Below, one piece after another: positions 33,467 to 42,519 of a stretch of DNA of 42,886 nucleotides. Source of the stretch: Eubacteriales bacterium. Its GTDB lineage: Bacteria > Bacillota > Clostridia > Oscillospirales > CAG-272. The position numbers were made by a program, and so were the translations under genes. The stretch covers positions 1-42,886 of the forward strand of contig JAZOSS010000132.1 of assembly GCA_045657205.1 (NCBI GenBank), read 5' to 3'. Positions within the stretch are counted from its first letter, which is position 1; every line of letters starts with the position of its first letter. Below the pieces are notes generated by a model. That model was not told the DNA's origin, searched no databases, and worked only from the letters and a program-made list of their open reading frames with translations.

Positions 33467-35145
33467 TATACGATATAAGACTTATAAGAAACTTCAAGGA
33501 GCTTATTGAAGGCTCGGCGGAAGCGTATCCGCAAAACCCCGCGTTTCTTTACAAGGAAAACGGTGATGTAAGGACGGTAACGTACAGCGAGGCGCTGTCT
33601 GACATAAAGGCACTCGTTTCGTTTTTCGTATCAAAGGGACTGAAAGATCAAAAAATACTTCTTATGGGTTCAAACTGCTACGGCTGGGCTGTATCGTATC
33701 TTGCGGTATGCTGCGGTGTCGGCGTTATCATCCCGACGGATAAAGAGCTTAAATGCTCCGACGTTGAAAATATAATATCGGCAACTGATGCCGGGGCGAT
33801 CATATACACAGAAAACTGCACGGAAGGAAGAATGGCGGCGGAGAAAACGGGCATCGCCTCGTTTGATCTTTCTTTTCTTTCAGATTATATAAGCGAAGGA
33901 AACGCTCTGCGCCAAGGCGGTGACGCATCATACGAAAAAAGCAGAATAGATCCCGACGGCGTGGGCATAATAATATTCACCTCGGGAACGTCCGGCAAGC
34001 CGAAAGGCGTTATGCTTTCGCAGTACAACATCTGCAGTGATATAATGAGCGTTTTAAAGCGTATAAAAGTAGGTCCTTCCGACCGTGTGCTTTCCGTTCT
34101 TCCTCTTCATCACACCTATGAATGTACTGCAGGCTTTCTTGCCGTGCTTTACTGCGGTGCGAGCATAGCGTATGCCGAAAGCATACGTCGGATGGTCGGA
34201 GATATGAAAACGTTCAAGCCGACGCTTTTCGTGACTGTCCCTCTGATACTTCAGAATATTTATTCAACTCTGAATAAAAAAATGAAAACGGACAATACTA
34301 TGAAGGCGAAGATGAAAGCCGCCGGCGTGATAAACAGATCATTAAAGCGGGTCGGCATCAATGCATCGGATAAGATATACAAAACGGTGCACGAGGCTTT
34401 CGGGGGCAGACTGCGTGGATTTTTGTGCGGTGCGGCTCCCCTTTCACCTGAGCTTTACGAAGCGTTTACAAGCTTCGGCTTTGACGTATACTGCGGTTAC
34501 GGTCTTACGGAAACATCCCCCGTTATAATAATGCACGACGATTTTTGCAAGGGCGCACATCACACGGGATATCCCATATGCGACGTAAGTGTGAAGATCG
34601 ACGATCCCGACGAATACGGTGTCGGTCAGATCGCCGTAAAGGGTCCGAACGTCATGCTCGGCTATTATAACGACGAGACAGAAACGTCAAAAGTCCTGAA
34701 GGACGGCTGGTTTTATACAGGCGACCTCGGACGGCGTAACGAAGACGGCACGTACACTATAACCGGCAGGATCAAAAGCATGATCGTTTTGAAAAACGGT
34801 AAAAAGATACAACCCGAGGAGCTTGAAGCAAAGCTTGAATTATCCCCTTTGGTGCGTGAATGTATGGTTGCCGACGTTTTGAATCCCGCAACGGGCGACA
34901 ACGTCGTGACGGCGTTCATTTATCCCGATGACGACGGTGTAAAAGAAGCACTTGAAAAGGACAAAAACACGGATAAAAGCTACGACGAGCGTGTAAAGCT
35001 TCTGCTTAAAGCACTTGTAAAAAGTGTAAACGCAGAGCAGGCTCACTTCAAGCATATCCATTCGATCGTTGTCAGAAATACGGAATTCGTAAAGACGACA
35101 ACGAAGAAGATAAAAAGAACGGACGAAGAAAATTTAAAACGCTGA
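33463..35145 (+). CDS. AMP-dependent acyl-CoA synthetase/ligase (long-chain fatty-acid--CoA ligase-like)
   Basis: It has IIFTSGTSGKPKGVMLS (AMP-binding motif), GYGLTETS, YTGDLGRRNEDG and NGKKIQPEELE. Its ATG overlaps the anti-sigma stop (ATGA). Confidence 0.85.
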   Translation: MIYDIRLIRNFKELIEGSAEAYPQNPAFLYKENGDVRTVTYSEALSDIKALVSFFVSKGLKDQKILLMGSNCYGWAVSYLAVCCGVGVIIPTDKELKCSDVENIISATDAGAIIYTENCTEGRMAAEKTGIASFDLSFLSDYISEGNALRQGGDASYEKSRIDPDGVGIIIFTSGTSGKPKGVMLSQYNICSDIMSVLKRIKVGPSDRVLSVLPLHHTYECTAGFLAVLYCGASIAYAESIRRMVGDMKTFKPTLFVTVPLILQNIYSTLNKKMKTDNTMKAKMKAAGVINRSLKRVGINASDKIYKTVHEAFGGRLRGFLCGAAPLSPELYEAFTSFGFDVYCGYGLTETSPVIIMHDDFCKGAHHTGYPICDVSVKIDDPDEYGVGQIAVKGPNVMLGYYNDETETSKVLKDGWFYTGDLGRRNEDGTYTITGRIKSMIVLKNGKKIQPEELEAKLELSPLVRECMVADVLNPATGDNVVTAFIYPDDDGVKEALEKDKNTDKSYDERVKLLLKALVKSVNAEQAHFKHIHSIVVRNTEFVKTTTKKIKRTDEENLKR

Positions 35146-35172
35146 TCACCAAAAGATAAAACTTCCTAAAAT

Positions 35173-35211
35173 GAAAAACGGCTTTCTTTAGCAGCGGAAA
35201 GCCGTTTTTTC
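35173..35211 (+). terminator. Rho-independent (bidirectional-looking) terminator after the ligase gene
   Basis: Stem AAAAACGGCTTTC / GGAAAGCCGTTTTT, flanked by an A-run and a T-run. Confidence 0.85.
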
Positions 35212-35261
35212 ATTATATAACGGATAACCTCAAAAGAGAGGCTTGCTTTTAATTTTAAAAC

Positions 35262-35297
35262 AAAATGCGTAATATTCTTATAAATACTACGCATTTT
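35262..35297 (-). terminator. Terminator of the GH99-like gene pair
   Basis: The minus strand reads AAAATGCGTA...TACGCATTTT followed by GTTTT. Confidence 0.6.
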
Positions 35298-35304
35298 TAT
35301 CATT

Positions 35305-37497
35305 TTATATTTTGCCCTTGAATTTCTTTATCTGTTCACGCATAAGGTCGTAGTAGAACGTGCCTTGTTCGACTGACGGTTCTATATCCTTTGAACGGTC
35401 GGGGGATTTTTGCTCACCCTGATTCCATTCGTTCCAGGTCGTGATGAGGATTATTTTCGCACCGAGTCCGTTTGCACGTGCAAACTGCTTTTTAAGCGTT
35501 GCGCCGTTATCTCTCAGCTCACTCTTTGCGGACGTTTCCCCTCGCGTTGCCGCCGAGCACGTCACAGCCTCAACGACACCGTCAAATACCGTGTACGTTT
35601 GCGGACTTCTTTCCTCCCAGCTCCAGAAGCCTCTTGACTTCAATTTTCTGTCGTACAAAGGTCCTTGCTGTCCGACGTATCCCGTAACCCAGCGCACCGT
35701 GAAGCGGTCGTCGTTCCACGACGGATCTACTCCGTACTGGTTCGGCGTTGCTCCGTAGCACATAAGCAGGGGCTTGCCGAGGTAATTAAAATACATATTC
35801 TTATATTTTCCATTTGCGGCAAACGAAGAATACACCTGATCGACCTTTTTCTGATGCGCTCCGTTTTTCACGTTTGCGATGCCCGCATGGCCGGGGCCCG
35901 TCATTACGGCTATTTTCGGTGCGTTCGGTATTTCAGACCACACCTCGAACATTTTATAAGCCGCCTTTTCGATCATTCGGAACGTTTCGTCCTCTTCGTA
36001 CGTTTTTTCCGATACGTTTGTATTGTTCGACCAGTCAATAAAAACAAAATCAACGTCAGCCTTTGATAAAAGCTCGGCATGGTAGCGCAAAAGCTCCTCG
36101 TCGTCTGCATCGTATTCACCGTAAAGGGGTGTTCCCCACGCATTTTTCCACCAGGTGGTATTTGAATTCCACGTGCTGTAGGCGATACCGACGAGTCTTT
36201 CGTCATTCGGTGCTTTTTCGTATTTACCGAAGCCCGTCGTGTCACATTCTACGTCGTCGTAATTAAATATTATTTCGTCGTACAAACGGTAATTTTCAGC
36301 CATAAGCACCGTTTTTTCTTCGATTTTTTCATCATTCGGCGCAAAGACCGTATAAAGTCCGCTTTCTGCATTGTAAGACGAGCTGTAACCGAGTATTTTC
36401 ACAAAGCTGTCAAGGCAGATATAAAGCGTGCCGTTTGACTCTTTGAGCGATGTAAACGGATATTTTTTACCGTTCACGTCCATCTCGGGAATACCCGTTT
36501 TCATCGAAAGAACAGCGTTTGAGCGTGATGCTGTCACGTTACCGTCTTTTATTTCATACGCAAAATCGAACATATCAAAGACACCCGATACGTCAGCGTA
36601 AAGCTTTCCGTCAAGATCGAGCGTTTTTGCGTGCATAAAGCTTTCTTTATCCTTGAAAGAATAATTTTTATCTTTCATAAAGGAGTACACCGTTTCCCCC
36701 GGTGTGAATATCTCTTCTGACGTATGTGAAAGCTCAAGCGTTTTTATACTGCAATTCGCTTTATTCGTTCCAACTCTGAAAAATCCGTGTGTGTCTGACG
36801 TAAAAAGTATTTTTTTCCCGCTGTACGAGGTGAGCTTTTCGCCGCTGTTTGAAAGGATATCAAACCCTTCGCCGCTCTTTGATATCTTTATTATTTCGGT
36901 ATCGTTTATAAAAAGCGTTACGGCGTCTTTTTTTCCTTCAAAGCGCACGTCAACACCGTCGTCACAGTTAAACGGAAGGTCATCCGTTACCGTATATTTA
37001 AAGGAATCGCCAACGAATGCCGTCACCGTATTTTCACGGAAGAAAAACCACAGTCCGCTGTCGGTATATCTGTCCGTTGCTTTTTTGCAAAAGAGTCCTG
37101 CCGTGACGGTGTTTTCTTCTTTTCTTTTATCGTTTCCTTTTGAAGAAACGTGCGCTTTTGCCGTATAGGGCAAGGCTTTAAGCTCCTCGGAAAATCCGAG
37201 CGCCGAAACGTAAGACGTTGTACCCAAAAGTCCGTCGGTATTGTTGCGTCTGAATGAAGCAGAAAGTGTCAGATATTTGTTTTTTCTCGTCGTTGCCGTC
37301 GTATGTTCCGTAAAATCAAAGCTTCTTTTGAAGTTATTTTCGGTTTGCAAAAGCATATCTTTTATATCGAAATTTATTTCTTCGGGTTCTTCATATACCG
37401 TCTGCACGGTTTCCGACTCGGCAGGCGGTTTTTCCGTGCAGGAAATACATCCCGCCACGGCAAGAACGCACAGAAAAAGTGATAATAATTTTTTCAT
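35305..37497 (-). CDS. Multidomain lipoprotein: an N-terminal beta-sandwich-like region, a copper-amine-oxidase-N-like stalk and a C-terminal GH99-like TIM-barrel domain
   Basis: The lipobox is LAVAGC. The C-terminal 330 aa are paralogous to the next gene (ERLVGIAYSTW...PLYGEYDADDEELLRYHAELLSKADVDFVFIDWSNN...ITTWNEWNQGEQ...IEPS). This pattern recalls GH99/WbsX-type domains. Confidence 0.55.
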   Translation of the reverse strand: MKKLLSLFLCVLAVAGCISCTEKPPAESETVQTVYEEPEEINFDIKDMLLQTENNFKRSFDFTEHTTATTRKNKYLTLSASFRRNNTDGLLGTTSYVSALGFSEELKALPYTAKAHVSSKGNDKRKEENTVTAGLFCKKATDRYTDSGLWFFFRENTVTAFVGDSFKYTVTDDLPFNCDDGVDVRFEGKKDAVTLFINDTEIIKISKSGEGFDILSNSGEKLTSYSGKKILFTSDTHGFFRVGTNKANCSIKTLELSHTSEEIFTPGETVYSFMKDKNYSFKDKESFMHAKTLDLDGKLYADVSGVFDMFDFAYEIKDGNVTASRSNAVLSMKTGIPEMDVNGKKYPFTSLKESNGTLYICLDSFVKILGYSSSYNAESGLYTVFAPNDEKIEEKTVLMAENYRLYDEIIFNYDDVECDTTGFGKYEKAPNDERLVGIAYSTWNSNTTWWKNAWGTPLYGEYDADDEELLRYHAELLSKADVDFVFIDWSNNTNVSEKTYEEDETFRMIEKAAYKMFEVWSEIPNAPKIAVMTGPGHAGIANVKNGAHQKKVDQVYSSFAANGKYKNMYFNYLGKPLLMCYGATPNQYGVDPSWNDDRFTVRWVTGYVGQQGPLYDRKLKSRGFWSWEERSPQTYTVFDGVVEAVTCSAATRGETSAKSELRDNGATLKKQFARANGLGAKIILITTWNEWNQGEQKSPDRSKDIEPSVEQGTFYYDLMREQIKKFKGKI

Positions 37498-37498
37498 T

Positions 37499-38518
37499 TT
37501 ATTCTGAAATACCTTTGAATTTCTTTATCTGTTCGCACATAAGGTCGTAGTAGAACGTGCCGTGTGCCTCTGACGGTTCTATATCCTTTGATATTTCATC
37601 GGATATCTGTTCGCCCTTCATCCATTCGTTCCACGTTACGATAAGTGCAATTCTTGCGCCGAGATTGTACGCTCTCTGGAATTGGCGTTTGAACGTTTCG
37701 CCGTTGTTTCTCGGTGATACGGGTATGTATCCGGGCTTTCCTTCTTTGCTTTGCTCTCTCGTTGCGGCGGTTATCGTTACCGACTCAACAGTTCCCTGTG
37801 ATACGGTAAAGGTCTGTGCGCCTCTTTCTTCCCAGCTCCAGAAGCGGTAGCTTCTGCGTGTTTCTTTATCGTAAAGCTCGCTTTGCTGTCCGACGTAGCC
37901 CGTTACCCAGCGTACCGTAAAGCGGTCGTCGTTCCATTCGGGATCGGGACTGTAAAAGTTCGGTGTTGCGCCGTAGCAAAGCAACAAGGGTTTTCCCTCG
38001 TAATAAAAATACATATCGCGTCTTGAGGGATTCGTCACGTAATCTCTGTATATCTGATTTACTTTTCTGTCGTGATCGCCCGAAGCAACGCTTTCGGGGC
38101 CGTTATGTCCCGGGCCTGCAAACAAAGCTATCTTCGGTGCGCCGGGGATATCCTTCCATATATCGAAAAGCATATCCGTTGCGACTTCTATCGTGCGGAA
38201 GTCGTTACGTGCCTCGCTCATAGTTTCGGGGACGTAGCCTGTATTGTTCGACCAGTCAACGAAAATAAAGTCAACGCCTGCTTTTGCAAGCATTTCGCCG
38301 TGGCGGCGGATTATTTCCTCGTCATCGGAGCGGTACGTGCCGTAAAGGGGCTTGCTCCAGGCATTTCTGTCCCAGTTGAGATCGGAACGCATCCACGTTG
38401 AGTATGCAATACCGACCATTCTTTCTTCAAAGGGTGTTTTGGGATAAACACCGACACCTATGTTGTCGCAGGGAACGTCGCTTCTGTCTTTGATTATTTT
38501 TATAAGTTCTTCTTTCAT
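37499..38518 (-). CDS. Cytoplasmic GH99-like TIM-barrel protein (paralogue of the C-terminal domain of the 35305..37497 lipoprotein)
   Basis: The sequence contains ERMVGIAYSTW...PLYGTYRSDDEEIIRRHGEMLAKAGVDFIFVDWSNN...VTWNEWMKGEQ...IEPS and has no signal peptide. I chose the ATG at 38518 (AGGAG RBS), because the upstream 32 codons cover the promoter and leader. Confidence 0.55.
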   Translation of the reverse strand: MKEELIKIIKDRSDVPCDNIGVGVYPKTPFEERMVGIAYSTWMRSDLNWDRNAWSKPLYGTYRSDDEEIIRRHGEMLAKAGVDFIFVDWSNNTGYVPETMSEARNDFRTIEVATDMLFDIWKDIPGAPKIALFAGPGHNGPESVASGDHDRKVNQIYRDYVTNPSRRDMYFYYEGKPLLLCYGATPNFYSPDPEWNDDRFTVRWVTGYVGQQSELYDKETRRSYRFWSWEERGAQTFTVSQGTVESVTITAATREQSKEGKPGYIPVSPRNNGETFKRQFQRAYNLGARIALIVTWNEWMKGEQISDEISKDIEPSEAHGTFYYDLMCEQIKKFKGISE

Positions 38519-38585
38519 TATAATTATCTCCTTTATTCGGAAGATCTCCGCGGAACATGCGGCGGTCTTTTTTATTTGTTGACTC

Positions 38586-38614
38586 ATTATATCACAAACA
38601 TTTGCACATTTCAA
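38586..38614 (-). promoter_or_regulatory. Promoter of the GH99-like gene pair
   Basis: The minus strand reads TTGAAA (plus 38609-38614), a 17-nt spacer with a TGa extended -10, then TATAAT (plus 38586-38591). Confidence 0.65.
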
Positions 38615-38779
38615 TAATTTGCAGTAAAATTATCTAAATTTTACATAAATCAGATTGATTTTTTGTGCAAAAATACTATTCGGTGTATTTTTTCTGAAAA
38701 AGATCCCGCGCAAATCGTTCAAAAGTTTCCGAAAAAAGAACAAATATTCTTGATAGTTCGAGAAATTCCGTTTTTCGTA

Positions 38780-38808
38780 TTGACAAAATTGCAAAAATAT
38801 GGTATAAT
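38780..38808 (+). promoter_or_regulatory. Consensus sigma-A promoter at the head of the phage packaging module
   Basis: TTGACA (38780-38785), a 17-nt spacer ending in TGg, then TATAAT (38803-38808). A leader of about 150 nt follows, with the hairpins GATATCC/GGATATC and CCGCG/CGCGG. Confidence 0.7.
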
Positions 38809-38967
38809 ACGCACACAAGAAGAACAGAACGCGTTTTCCACGATATCCTGCGGTGTGGGATATCCGTGCAAAATACGATCTGCAGGATTCAAATGCACCC
38901 ATTAAAAGAGCGTTTGGATCCGATTATTTTTGTACCGCCGCGTTACGCGGCAAGAAAAGGAGACTTT

Positions 38968-39204
38968 ATGTGCGAATACTGTTTTTCGTCACCTCACGTC
39001 AGGGGATGTCCCGCTGCAGGTGACGATGATGAAAAATACCCGAACAAATGTTCTTATTGTGGTGGACTTTTTCCCGATAACGAAGGAGTTAAAATAGGAA
39101 CAGACTACTACTGCGAAGAATGTGTTGACAATTTCGATCTTGATGACGTTTTGCAGACTCTCGGACTCGACAGCACGAAGGAGCTTTTAAAAGAGCTTGC
39201 TTAG
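38968..39204 (+). CDS. Small zinc-ribbon protein (phage-associated, function unknown)
   Basis: The 78-aa protein is MCEYCFSSPHVRGCP...KCSYCGG...YYCEECVDNF, with three CxxC pairs. An AGGAG RBS lies 6 nt upstream. Confidence 0.5.
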   Translation: MCEYCFSSPHVRGCPAAGDDDEKYPNKCSYCGGLFPDNEGVKIGTDYYCEECVDNFDLDDVLQTLGLDSTKELLKELA

Positions 39205-39249
39205 AAAGGACGGATAAATACGAAAAAAGTAACCAACGGAAAGAAATTT

Positions 39250-39555
39250 TTGCTTTCCGCCGAAAGATACGCCGCCACGTGCCAGGAACAGGAACGACTT
39301 CCGAACCTGGCAGGTTATCTTCGTTTTATGGATCTTACGCAGGACGAATACAACGCCCTTTGCGAAAAGTACCCGAAGCAATCACAGCTTATAAGATCCA
39401 TTTTTGAAGACGAGGCGCTTAATTCGGGTACTAAAAAAATATCCGCTTCCGTTTTGAATCTTTACCTCAAGAGCCGTTTCGGCTACGGCGGAGAGGAAAA
39501 AACGGATGAATTCGGAAGCATCAACGTCGTGTGCGATCACGACGACGGCGAATGA
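39250..39555 (+). CDS. Phage terminase small subunit (short, HTH-containing)
   Basis: The PNLAGYLRFMDLTQDEYNAL HTH-like segment and the C-terminal LYLKSRFGYGG resemble TerS proteins. It has a TTG start and its stop overlaps the TerL ATG (ATGA). Confidence 0.55.
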   Translation: MLSAERYAATCQEQERLPNLAGYLRFMDLTQDEYNALCEKYPKQSQLIRSIFEDEALNSGTKKISASVLNLYLKSRFGYGGEEKTDEFGSINVVCDHDDGE

Positions 39556-40868
39556 GCACCCTTTATTTAAAAGGCGTACCGAACAAAAAACAAGAGCTGT
39601 TTTTCTCATCAAAAGCAAAGTACACCGCTTACGGCGGTGCAAGAGGAGGAGGCAAAAGCTGGGCTTTGCGAAGAAAGCTCGTACTTTTATGCCTGAGGTA
39701 TGCGGGAATAAAGTGTCTTATAATCAGACGCAGTTTTCCCGAGCTTCAATACAACCACATCCTGCCCTTGCGCGCCGAGCTTGGCAGCTGTGTCAGATAT
39801 TCCGAATCGGGAAAGTGCTTCAAATTTCCAAACGGCTCCGTCTTAAAGCTCGGCTATATGGCTGACGACGGCGATACCTTACAGTATCAGGGTCAGGAAT
39901 ACGACATCATCGCCCTTGACGAGGCAACACAGCTCACCGAATACAGATTTTCAGCTCTCAAAGCGTGCCTCCGAGGCACGAACGGATATCCGAAAAGAAT
40001 GTACCTTTCGTGCAATCCCGGCGGTGTCGGCCACGCCTGGGTGAAAAGGCTGTTTATCGACAGGATATACCGCGAGGGCGAAAAAAGCGAGGATTACGCT
40101 TTTATCCAGGCGACCGCTTACGACAACACCGTGCTGATGGAAAAGGACAGCGAGTACATCGACCGTCTGCGGTCGTTGCCGAAGGACTTGCGCCGTGCCT
40201 GGCTTGACGGAAGCTGGGACGTTTTCGAAGGTCAGTTCTTCCCCGAAATAAATGAAAAAATACACGTTATCGAGCCGTTTCCTCTTAAATACAACATACG
40301 GCGCATAGGCGGTCTTGACTACGGCTTCGATATGCTTGCCTTTATCGTTCTTGCCGCCGATTTCGACGGAAACGTATACGCCGAGCGTGAATTTTTTATG
40401 CCCAATCTCACCTTGTCGGAAGCGGGTGAGAAAATAGCCGAGGTATGTAAAGATCTTGACATCGACTATATTTCAGCATCGCCCGATCTTTGGAACAGAC
40501 GGCAGGACAGCGGTCTTTCGGGTTTTGAAATAATGTCGGGAATACGAGGTATGCCGCCGCTTATCAAAGCCGACAACAGGCGAATACCCGGCTGGCGCGC
40601 CCTGCGTGAGTATCTGCGTTTAAAAGACGGTGTGCCCGTCTTGCGTTTCTTCTCCTGTTGCCCCGAAACGGTGCGCTGTCTTTCGTCTTTGACATACGAC
40701 AAGATGAAAACGGAGGACGCTTCAGAATCCCCTCACGAGATAACGCATCTGCCCGAGGCTTTGCGCTACGCCGTTATGTCGAGAATACAGCGCGCATCGA
40801 CCGAGGAGGAAATATACAACGCGAGAAAAAGGCGCCACGAGTGCAAAAACAGCATAGCATACTATTAG
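39552..40868 (+). CDS. Phage terminase large subunit
   Basis: It has the Walker A motif GGARGGGKSWALRRK, the Walker B motif YDIIALDEATQL and a C-terminal nuclease-like domain (GLDYGFD...). Length is 438 aa from the ATG at 39552. Confidence 0.9.
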   Translation: MSTLYLKGVPNKKQELFFSSKAKYTAYGGARGGGKSWALRRKLVLLCLRYAGIKCLIIRRSFPELQYNHILPLRAELGSCVRYSESGKCFKFPNGSVLKLGYMADDGDTLQYQGQEYDIIALDEATQLTEYRFSALKACLRGTNGYPKRMYLSCNPGGVGHAWVKRLFIDRIYREGEKSEDYAFIQATAYDNTVLMEKDSEYIDRLRSLPKDLRRAWLDGSWDVFEGQFFPEINEKIHVIEPFPLKYNIRRIGGLDYGFDMLAFIVLAADFDGNVYAEREFFMPNLTLSEAGEKIAEVCKDLDIDYISASPDLWNRRQDSGLSGFEIMSGIRGMPPLIKADNRRIPGWRALREYLRLKDGVPVLRFFSCCPETVRCLSSLTYDKMKTEDASESPHEITHLPEALRYAVMSRIQRASTEEEIYNARKRRHECKNSIAYY

Positions 40869-40875
40869 GAGGTAT

Positions 40876-42519
40876 ATGGAAAATATAACGAAAGCCTGGG
40901 AACAGTACGAGGCAGGCGTTGAATACAAAAGGCGCATCGGTCTTTATTCAAACGTCAGACGTAACGAAAAATTTTACAGAGGAGAACAATGGGACGGCGT
41001 TAATTCAAACGGTCTGCCCACTCCCGTATTCAATATAATCAAGCGTATCATTTCATATATGATAAGCACGGCAACGGCTCAGCCCGTCAGCATAAGCTAC
41101 AGCGACGATTCGCTTACCGTTCTGGCTGACGACGAGCTGAAAAAGAAGATATCCGACGGCATTGAGCTTCTTAACAAAAACGTGTCGTACAGACTCGACA
41201 AGGACAAAATAGAATCGCTTATAAGATGTGCGATGCTTGACGCGGCTTTGTCGGGTGACGGTGTATTTTACACCTTCTGGGATGCCGATATAAAGACGGG
41301 ACAGCCCTACACGGGCGACATCAGAACAGTGCTTTGCGACAACACCGACTTGTTTGTTGCAAACGTCAACAGCCGTGACATTCAGATGCAGGACTACGTG
41401 ATGTTAAGAGGCAGGGACACGGTCGGGCATCTGAAAAAAGAAGCCGAAGCGTACGGCGTTTCCCGTACGGATGTGATGAAGATCACCCCCGACGAATCAC
41501 TCGGCACAGGGGCAGGCGAGCTTTTCGACATTGAAAGTGAAAACGAGGAAAACGCAACATTTCTTTTGAAATTCAGTCGTGATGAAAACGGCTTCGTCAT
41601 CTGGGAAAAGGCAACAAAAAGCGTCGTTATAAGACGCGGAAAAACGAATATGAAAAGATATCCCGTTGCGTATTTTTCCTGGGAGAACGTCAAAGGTTCT
41701 TTCATAGGAAATTCCCCCGTGACGTCGCTTATCCCCAACCAAAAATACATAAACAAGGCGTACGCCATGGTTATGAAGCATATGACGGACACCGCTTTTT
41801 CAAAAGTCATTTACGACAAGACTCTCATCCCCGAATGGACGAACGAGGTAGGCGAGGCTGTCGGTGTAAAAGGCGGTGACGTAAGAGAGGCTGCGGTATC
41901 GCTCGGTGTCGGCAATATGCAAAGCGGTTTTCTTGATGTTATCGCAATGACGATGAGCCACACCAAGGAGCTTATGGGTGCAACGGATGCCGCTCTCGGC
42001 GAGGTCGATCCCGACAACACCTCGGCAATTCTTGCCCTTCAGGAATCGTCGAACATCCCTCTTGAAAACATAAGACAAAATCTTTATGCGTGCATTGAGG
42101 ATCTTGCGCTCAACTGGGCGGAGATGATATTTGAATATTATCCCGAAGGCAGACTTCTCACCTATACGGAGGAGGATACGGAAAAAAGTGCCGAAATGCC
42201 CGATTACGAAATATTCAAAAATTCCGTGATACGTGCAAGAGTTGACGTCGGTGCAGGTACGAAATATTCGCAGATAGTTGCCGTAAACACGCTTGACAAG
42301 CTTTTGTCCGGCGGATTTATCGGAATAGAGGACTATCTTGAACGACTGCCCGACGGCATAATTTCCGACAAGCGCGGACTTATTGAAAAGATAAAAGAAA
42401 ATGCTCTGAAAGCGCAGTCAGAAAAGATACAGAAGGAGGAAAACGAAAATGAAGGAAGTATCTCTCGACAGATTCAATTCCGAAACGGAGGAGTTTTACA
42501 AAAACCATCCCGATATTGA
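40876..42519 (+). CDS. Phage portal protein
   Basis: This 547-aa protein lies immediately after TerL, with a TAGGAGG RBS. Its size, position and acidic/helical character fit a portal, but I recognised no specific family motif. Confidence 0.75.
   Translation: MENITKAWEQYEAGVEYKRRIGLYSNVRRNEKFYRGEQWDGVNSNGLPTPVFNIIKRIISYMISTATAQPVSISYSDDSLTVLADDELKKKISDGIELLNKNVSYRLDKDKIESLIRCAMLDAALSGDGVFYTFWDADIKTGQPYTGDIRTVLCDNTDLFVANVNSRDIQMQDYVMLRGRDTVGHLKKEAEAYGVSRTDVMKITPDESLGTGAGELFDIESENEENATFLLKFSRDENGFVIWEKATKSVVIRRGKTNMKRYPVAYFSWENVKGSFIGNSPVTSLIPNQKYINKAYAMVMKHMTDTAFSKVIYDKTLIPEWTNEVGEAVGVKGGDVREAAVSLGVGNMQSGFLDVIAMTMSHTKELMGATDAALGEVDPDNTSAILALQESSNIPLENIRQNLYACIEDLALNWAEMIFEYYPEGRLLTYTEEDTEKSAEMPDYEIFKNSVIRARVDVGAGTKYSQIVAVNTLDKLLSGGFIGIEDYLERLPDGIISDKRGLIEKIKENALKAQSEKIQKEENENEGSISRQIQFRNGGVLQKPSRY

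Noticed and set aside
38630-38905. Small ORFs (38630..38902 minus, 38663..38905 plus, and 38866..38967 as an extension of the zinc-ribbon ORF)
   Set aside because: They cover the two back-to-back promoters and the leader. They have no RBS, and the zinc-ribbon gene has a clear AGGAG-ATG start at 38968.
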